A stretch of 64,000 bases of DNA from the human T2T-CHM13v2.0 reference genome, Homo sapiens, in the NCBI RefSeq assembly GCF_009914755.1, contig NC_060941.1, one strand, 5' to 3'. The position numbers and the translations under genes were made by a program. Shown in pieces: positions 54,849-64,000 of this stretch; the first letter of the stretch is position 1, and each line of letters starts with the position of its first letter. The notes beneath the pieces are model-generated. The model made no database searches, had not been told where the DNA came from, and saw nothing but the letters and a program-made list of their open reading frames with translations.

Positions 54849-54992
54849 CCGATTCTCTGCTGCTCCAGGACGTCGAGCCGCTCTGCCCTCTGGATGACCT
54901 GCAGGATGGCCTCCACCTCCGCCGGGCTGAGGTGCTGCTTCCTCCTCTGCTTCTCCGTCTGGTAGGTGTGCACGGACCAGCCCGTCTGCAGC
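54849..54992 (-). CDS. RPH3AL: RPH3AL coding exon 2 (144 nt): LQTGWSVHTYQTEKQRRKQHLSPAEVEAILQVIQRAERLDVLEQQRIG, Rab-binding helix
   Basis: In frame with the previous exon (AA|G = Lys). Contains the rabphilin-family GWSVH motif and the ILQVIQRA helix. Acceptor gtgctgttccctctcgag; donor CGG|GTGAGG. Confidence 0.96.
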
Positions 54993-55088
54993 CTCGAGAG
55001 GGAACAGCACAGACGGCGTGGAGGCCTCCCCGGTGCAAACTCCGGCAGCCCCTACCACATCCACCAAGCCCCCCCGAGAACAGTCAGT

Positions 55089-55347
55089 GGACGGCCCAGG
55101 TGCCGCGTGCCGGGACGACGAGCGCGGGCAGCAGAGATGGCCCAGGTGGCAACAGAGATGGCCCAGGTGGCAACAGAGACGGCCCAGGTGGCAACAGAGA
55201 CGGCCCAGGTTCCGTGTGCCGGGGTTGGGATTGCGGGCAACAGAGACGGGGCAGGTGCTGTGTGCCGGGGACAAGGCACATGGGCAACAGAGACGGCCCA
55301 GGTGCCGTGTGCAGGGGGCAAGGCACGCGGGCAACAGAGACGGGGCA
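55089..55347. repeat. Composite repeat: 21-bp GCAACAGAGACGGCCCAGGTG x4 plus longer ~46-bp units
   Basis: Visible as the ATETAQV repeats in ORF 54966..55421. Confidence 0.88.
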
Positions 55348-57351
55348 GACACAGGCTCCAAGCGCCAGCCCTGCCATCCGCCAGCTCCTGGGCCTTGGCA
55401 AAGACGGCAGCACCACCTTAGCCCGGGAGGCAGAAACACAGAATGTGACGCTCACGTACACAGAGAAGGCCAAGGTCACAGCACGAGAGGTGTCAAGGGA
55501 GGAGCATGAGAGATTATCAAGAGAAGAAAAAGGGAGCTCGGAGCTCCGTAAGGTAGTGAGACGGAGTTCACCAGGGGACAGGAAAGCCATGTAATTAGGG
55601 TGAAGACACAGCGTTGATATGAACACTTTGAAAACTAGCAGGTTCGAGGCGGGGGGGAAGCGAGTTACAGAAGAGGAGCCGTGGTGAGGGCAGGTGAGGG
55701 CGGGCAACGGCGAGGCAGGGCTGGGACTGGGTCCGGAGGTTGAGCTGTCTCTGCTCCACTGGGCTGCGGGACTGACGCCTCCTGAGGCTGCAAATGGGGC
55801 GGGGGAAGGACTCAAACTCCTTCTATTTTTCTGGACAGGGAGAGAGTGGCAGCAGCAGATCAAACCCCGGAGCCCCTGCCCTGGGTGGGTGCCAGCTTCC
55901 CTGAGACATTCCGTGCCTGTGACATTGCTGTGTGCAGAGATGAACGAGACGGGAAAAGCCACTGCACCCTGAAGAACTACAATATGGTGGGGGTGGCAGA
56001 TGCCAATCAATGACACAGATACCTATTTAACTAACAGGTCTAAGGCGTTTTCATTCTACGCATTACCAAGTACCCGCTGGGACGCCTGGCCTCTTAGGTG
56101 CCCGGGACAGGCTGCTTGGTGGGACGTGCAGGTGGCGTCAGGAAGTGGATAAATAAGAGAATTACCCAGCAGGGAGGGGATGAGGCTCTGGAAAGGCTCG
56201 CTTTCTTTAGGGAAGTGTCAGAAGGCAAGAGTCCTGGAGGCAGGACCTAGGGCAGCAGGCTGAGGGAGGCGGACCCTTTCCTGGGGGCCCCCTGACACAA
56301 GATGGGCCCCGGTGGTCTCATGACCTGCCTGGTCCCGGCTGTTGCAGCTAACGGTTCTCTGTGGCCGACACAATAGGAGTTTGGAAAGCTAATACGCATA
56401 TCCTTTCTCTGTCAGGGGGAGCTGGGGGCTGATGAATGTGAAGATCTAGGGTTTGGAGTCCACTGGACAGTCTTATCTTCTGGTCCCGTCCCTTCCCAGA
56501 TGCGAGACCTCGGATGAGGCTCTCACCCTTGGTTTTCTGATCTGTCTCTTTAAGGGATGCCATGAGAATTAATGAGGCAGGGTAGATAAGGTGCTTTTAC
56601 ATAGCAAATTCCCAATTGCCTGCAAATGGTCGTTAATGGTGATAACTGTAATTATCATGGGGAGGGCTGTCAGGCATGGCTTTACCATGTGTGAGCTTTT
56701 GCAGGATGAACAGGTGCTTCCCCATGGAAGGAGGGAGGCGGGTTCAGGCGGAGGAGATCACACACGAAAGGCAGGGGGCATGGGTGGTGTGTGGTGTTTC
56801 AGGGATCCATACTTCTACACTGCCGGTTTTTCCAATTTAAAAAAAAAAAAACTGCAATGCCCTAGACCAACGCTTTCCAAGCAGTGCTCACGGTGCTGGG
56901 GAAGGAAAATACCGGGGCAGCAGGGCAGGGCTGGAAGGGGGGCAAGGCCAGTAGAGTGGGCAGCCTCTGCCTGGACTACCTGCCTTGCTCCTATGAACTG
57001 CACACATGCAGGGGTTCAGGCCCCAAAAAGCAATATCCCCTCCACAACCCCTACCTACTGGTTTGTTCCATCTGAGCATTTCAGAGGCTCCAGGGGTCAG
57101 TGATGGGCCAGGACACACTTCGTGTGGTTCCCGGGCCAGGGGAAGGGAGTTGGAAGCCAGGGCCCCCAGGTTCAGGGAATCACCACTCCCTCCACCCTCC
57201 AGCTAATGTAGAGAAAGGAAGGGTCCCAGGAACACACAGAAGGAGGGACAGAAGCATCAGCACCGCCACCACTGCCTGTCCTGATGGACACGGGTCCCAC
57301 GAGCTTGTTCTGGGGCTGGTGATGGCACAGGACACTACAGATGTCTTCCAT

Positions 57352-57670
57352 CGGACCCTCACAGTCACCCCGAGGCAGGCCCGGACCCTCCATCACCCCG
57401 CGAGACAGTCCAGACCCTCAGTCACCTTGCGAGGCAGGCCTGGACCCTCAGTCACCCCCCAAGGCAGGCCCAGACCCTTACAGTCACCCGGTGAGGTGGG
57501 CCCAGACCCTCAGTCACCCCGAGAGGCAGGCCTGGACCCTCACAGTCATCCCACAAGGCAGGCCTAGACCCTCAGTCACCCTGCAAGGCAGGCCCAGACC
57601 CTCAGAGTCGCCCTGTAAGGCCCAGACCCTCAGCCACGCGGCGAGGCAGGCCCGGACCCTGAGGCACCCC
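57352..57670. repeat. Degenerate ~30-32-bp VNTR, about 10 copies (GACCCTCAGTCACCCCGAGGCAGGCCC)
   Basis: Directly visible. Confidence 0.88.
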
Positions 57671-58242
57671 GCCCCATTTCTCAGAGGAAACAAGGTGCGG
57701 AACGTAGCTAGCTAGCAGGAATCTCGGGTTGGCCTCCACCGCTGACTCAAGGCCTGAGCCCTGACCTGCCGAGTTCGTATCCAGCAGCTGCTGACAGCCC
57801 TGCTTGGGAGCATTTCAGTCTCCCCCAGGGCCGCCTCCGCACCCACGTTCCTGCCTCCACCTGCTCCGCCTCCGGGCCCCAGTCATCCACGTCCTCTCAT
57901 CTCACCTGCTGCCAGGCCAGGCCCTGATGCCCGCCTGCGGCCATAGCTCCACTGAGCATGCTGCCCACCCCCTTGCAATGTCCCCTCCATGCAGCTGACG
58001 GAGGCCGACTTGAGGGCACCTGACATCGATGGGCTGCAACCTCCAGGAAGAACCTGCACGTCTGGGAGCCCCACCTGTCCTTCCCCTGCACGTTCCCCGC
58101 ACGGCGCCCTCGTCTCTCAGCTCACCAGTGGCTCCCTTGTGTTCTAGGCTTCGTGCAGTCCCCAGGCCTTTGCTCATGCTGCACCCTTCACCTGGGGCCC
58201 CTGTCTCTCTCCCTAAACCCTCTGTCCACCTCTCACTCCTAT

Positions 58243-58737
<495 letters not shown>

Positions 58738-60150
58738 TATTCTTTTTAAAGACTTCTTTACACATGACCTTCACCTGGAGGCTTTTCCTTGATCCCCTCC
58801 AAAACAGGTAAAGAATCTACTCTCAGAGTTCCTGGAAGGCCTGGGTATACGTCCTTCATTGGGCTGACACATTATTACGAGACAACATGAAACCCTCCAT
58901 CTCCCCTCCGGAACATGAGTCTCTGGAGGACCAGGCCCTGCCCCTGGCCCCTGCCTACCTCTCCATCTTCCTTCCACACTGTCCACCCTTCACATTTTGC
59001 ACTCACAACACACTGACCTCCGGCCAGGGCCTCCACATGCCCTGTTCCTTCTACCTCAGGGCCTTTGCACATGCTGTTCCTTCTGCCTGGAAGCGCTTCC
59101 CCCCTACTCCCATCTAACATTGGCCCATCTTCTGGGTCCCAGTGTAGGCAGCACACTCTCAGCCCCTCCTGATCCCCAGAGTAAGTCACACCTTCACCCA
59201 CGTCCCCACCGCCTGTTATCACCGTCAAAGCAACTTACCTGGGTAACTATTCAAATAATGCTCACCTCTGCCCACCTGTGCTTTAAGACCAGGGACTGTG
59301 TTGGTCCTGTTCACTGCTGTGCAGTCAGTGCCTGGCACATAGTAGGGGGTTAGAAAACATCTGGTGGCAGCTGGAGGACTGAGGGGAGCCCCGAGCTGCA
59401 GCCCAGATATCCCTGAGGGTCCCACAGGACACAGCTCCCAGCTCTGCGGCTGGAGTTTAGTACGCCTCTCCTTTCCAGAGACTGTGCCAGGTACTACAAG
59501 GCAGTGCACCCCAGGGGAGGGGATAAAAGCATTCTCTCTTCCAAAGGGGCTACGACAGCATTTGGCTGCTGCTGAGAGAGAGAGAAGGTCAGGGAGAGCT
59601 GAAGGGAACCCTGGAGGGTCAGGAGTCCTGCTGGGCCCTGTCGAGAGCACAGTGGCGGAGCTCTCCTTGGAAACTCCTACCCTGCCCGGGAGGACACTTC
59701 ATCTGCCTGGCGTCAGAGGACAGAGAGGGAGACGGACCGACCTCACCCACTGCGGGGGCCGCATGAAGGAGCCGAGCCCTCCTGGCGAAGGGGACCAGTT
59801 AACTGTGGTGCAGATTCCTGCAAATCACGCATGACTCCGCTCTCCTGGGGCGTTTCGAATTAATCTTTCCATCCCCCTTTGATGTTTCAGCTCTGTCCCC
59901 TGCAGGCTCATAACATCTAATTGCAAATTTTTTTAATTTGGTCCCACTTGGGAAATGCTTGCTCCCGTAATTGGCATGGGTTGAAGGATGAAGGGGCCCT
60001 TTTGGACTTATCACATGCCAGAGACGCCCAGCCCCTCTGAGGGACAGCGAGGGACTGGAAGGCAGGCAAGGCATCTGAGAACCCCCATCTCCAGCCACAG
60101 TGCACAGTCGGTGGAGATGGCCTGACCTACCCAGAGCTGAGAGGTCACTA

Positions 60151-60545
<395 letters not shown>

Positions 60546-61043
60546 TCAGCCTCAGGGGCAGCGCCTCGTCCACTGCAACAGACTTTTGTTCCCCCGTCTG
60601 ACAGTGCCAAGCACTGGGCTATGACTGGGCATCCAGAGATCAAAATCTCCCTGTCTTAAGGGACTTGCAGTCCTACAGCTCAGTGACAGGAGAGAAGGCA
60701 CACGAGGTGGTGTGGGTCCCTTACAGCCTGTTGATAGAAAGGACACACAGGCTAAGGAGTCAGCTGGACCCAGGTGTGGGTTGCAGCCCTGCCACCCACA
60801 AGTTAAGTGATGTGGGCAAGGAGCTCAGCCTCACTTTGCTCATCAGGGAAATGGGGATAAATTCTGCATGGTAGTTAAATGAGTGAATGGCTGTGTCCAG
60901 GGCCTGGAGTGTGGCATGCATCCGACAGGCACCTCTCTCCAAACATCTCTTTCTGGGCCCCTGGGAATGAATCTTGCTGAAGACAGGAGAGGAGCAGGGA
61001 GGCAGAAGGAAGGGACGGCCTGGGGGGCCCCAGAGGTACTCAC

Positions 61044-61120
61044 TTGGCTCGAAGGGCAAGCTGCCGGTCATTGGGGCAAACCCACTGATCATTCCCGCTG
61101 CCGAAGATGGTGTCGGCCAT
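61044..61120 (-). CDS. RPH3AL: RPH3AL (Noc2) first coding exon, aa 1-26 MADTIFGSGNDQWVCPNDRQLALRA(K); whole exon 61156-61044 with 36 nt of 5'UTR
   Basis: Manual translation of the minus strand gives the recognisable Noc2 N-terminus. Kozak context is GAGCC-ATG-G. Acceptor ..ccttcatctcag at 61158-61157; donor CAA|GTGAGT at 61043. 77 nt, phase 2. Not annotated in the ORF track. Confidence 0.97.
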
Positions 61121-62059
61121 GGCTCGGAGCACCCGGCTGGGGGTGGGGAGTCACATCTGAGATGAAGGAGGGAAGACGAAAGAGTGTGCATCATTGGCTG
61201 GGGTACAGATGGCAGACAGGTTCTCTGTGCCCTCAGGCCCCTCCACACCATCTCCATGCACGATCCCCACTGATGCCTGGAATCTCACTGTGGGAACCAT
61301 CTCTCCAGCAAAACACTCTTCCCTCAAGGCTCCTCTTCAGAAGGCTCATGATTCTAGGAGGGTGACCAGGTGGATCATGTGGCCGAGTGACAAGAGTGAA
61401 CATGACTGGCAGGGCATCAAAAGGTTAGAGTCAGAAAGGAGAGAGGAGGCTCACCCTTAGCAGTTTTCAACTCAACCCTGGAGGCCATCTGCTCCCTGCC
61501 CCCTCCCAGTACAGCAGGGGCCGAACTGAGCACGTCACCCAGCAGGAGGGGCTGGGCTGGGGGGTGATGGCCAGACAGGCTGGGAAACCCTACTCCTTTC
61601 CCAAACCTGGGGACCTGGCTCTCCTTCCCAACAGACTCACACCGATGATCACAATGCCCTCGAGGGCAGGCAAGAGGGCAGGGGGTGGCAGCTACAGCCA
61701 GGATTGCCACCCAGCACCATGCCAAGGGGAGCCGTCCATAGACACTGCCATGAAAATGGCACCTGGGGATCCCCCAGGGAGGTGGCCCTGCTCCAGGACC
61801 CCCTGAGGGCTTCACCTGTGCACTGTCTAGTGTGCCGGCTTTCTCCCTGCCTCCCAGGACAGGATTGTCTTTGGTGGTCTGAGGATGCCACGCGTGCATT
61901 CTGAAGGGAGTGTGGGATGAGGCCGAGGGTATCTGAATCCCAGAGCAAGGAGGAGGGGCTCTCCTGAGCCATCCACACTCTCCTGGTCTAATCCCAGCTA
62001 GGCCAGTGGTTCTCAAACCCAGGGCCCCTTTACACTCTTAAAAAAGATCCAGGTTCGAA

Positions 62060-62720
62060 ATCCGTTTGACACTTCCTCAAAATGTTGAACACAGACTTAC
62101 CATATGACCCAGAAACTCTACTCCTAGTTACACACCCAAGAGTACCCAAAACATACGTCCTCACCAAAACCTGTACACAAACGTTCTTAGCAGCACTATT
62201 CATGACCGCCAAAAGCAGAAACAACGAAAATATCCATCAACTGATGAATGAGGAAAATGTGCTATATCCATACGATGATTATTATTTACAATGGATTATG
62301 ATTTACAATGGATTATTATTTACAATGGATTATTATTATTTACAATGGAGTATGATTTACAATGGATTATTATTTGGCCGTAAAAAGGAATGAAGTGCTA
62401 ATACCAGCTACAACATGGATGAATCTTTAAAACATCCTAAGTAAGAAAAGCCAGTCATAAAAGACCACGTATTGTATGATTCCGTTTATACAGTGTGTCC
62501 AGAATAAGCAAATCTAGAGAGACGGAAGGTGAGGAGTGGTTGTCAGGGGTTGCAGGAAGAGGGGAACAGACTCCCAGTGGGTTCAGGACTTCTTTTTGGG
62601 GTCGTAAAAATGTTCTGGATTAGACAGTGGTGATGGTCACACATTTCAAGAATACACTAAAACCACTGAATCGCACCCTTTAAAAGTGTGAATTTTATGG
62701 CATGTGAATTACAACTTCAG
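62060..62720 (+). mobile_element. L1M (L1MB/MC-like) 3' fragment containing a 17/20-bp AT-rich repeat (62275-62372)
   Basis: ttaccatatgacccag..gcagcactattcat..tacaacatggatgaatct..tattgtatgattccgtttata; internal (TACAATGGATTATTATT)n. Confidence 0.82.
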
Positions 62721-62767
62721 CACAAACACAGACCATGAAAAAAAAAACGAATTATAACTCATTCACA

Positions 62768-63103
<336 letters not shown>

Positions 63104-64000
63104 CTATGACCATTGCTAGTTACCACACTAGAAATTAAAACTGAGAAAATCTTTAAAATGTTGTTAATTCATTAAAAATAATAAACCCATTAGACGTTCA
63201 CATAATTTACATATTTTATGAAAAACTACACTTACAAAGCAATTAGACAAATGACACTGTTTTACATTTTTACAACTCTTTTTAATGTTTGACTTCACAA
63301 AAAACAGCTGGACCTTCATATCTGATTTTTCATTCACGCATTTGTGGCAGGTTGTTTCGCTGAAGTCCTTGAAGGACATCCAGACCCTCACAAATACGTA
63401 TGATGGCTGAAAAGAGGAGGACTTTTTTTACTTTCCAGAAATTGTAAATATTTTTCTTTGATATTGCACCCAAACTCAACAGATGGTAATTTCTTAAAGA
63501 TTAGTTCAAATGTGGCATCTGAAACCACATCAATGAACTTCTCCTTTTCTGTACATTTGTGACAGGATAAAACCCAGAGTCCTATGACTATTCTTATGGA
63601 AACACTTTTGACCTGTGGATCTCCGGAGGGTGTTGGGGGACCCCCAGAGAGGCCTGGGCCCAGCTTGGAGAACTGCTTTTCTCGGCCAGTGCCACCCATT
63701 TCTATGATGACCAGCAGAGGTAACATGCAGACCGCCTCCGCCTGACCACACAGGGTCCAGGCCACAACCTTAACCACACTGGTCGCTCTACCCCATGCAC
63801 ATGTCCAGGCACCTGCTCTTCCAGATCAGACCTGACCCTCCCCAGTGAGCTGCCTCAGCAAAGAGACCTGGGCAGCCCCAGACCCCAAACAGCCAAGCGT
63901 GGAAATCCCATGGCCGGGCCCAGATCACCCAGGACCTCCTCAGATGGAGGCTCAATCTTCTCCCAGATGAGGCTAATGGACAAGCAAGGAAAGACAGGTC

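Overview
Primate (almost certainly human) genomic DNA: GC-rich, Alu-dense and non-bacterial. The window covers part of RPH3AL (Noc2, rabphilin-3A-like without C2 domains; subtelomeric 17p13.3) on the minus strand. Four coding exons with GT-AG boundaries join in frame (61120-61044, 54992-54849, 53001-52872, 7554-7468; 438 nt) to give aa 1-146: the Rab-binding N-terminal region and the 8-Cys FYVE-type zinc finger. The promoter and C-terminal exons lie outside the window. The unusual feature is the 45.3-kb intron between the last two exons, about 40% of which is minisatellite: at least 8 unrelated arrays, including a 12.3-kb 30/31-bp VNTR with a ~2.45-kb higher-order period and a G4-prone 16-mer resembling the insulin ILPR. 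Other items of note are an AUG-UGA start-stop just upstream of the start codon, a rare GAG acceptor, an 87-nt in-frame-skippable zinc-finger exon with a G-run duplication and a non-TE inverted repeat nearby, and a solo THE1 LTR with its TSD. All long ORFs in the track other than the RPH3AL fragments are repeat artefacts. I found no CRISPR array, RNA gene or new protein-coding system. TE subfamily names and most repeat boundaries were judged by eye and are approximate.
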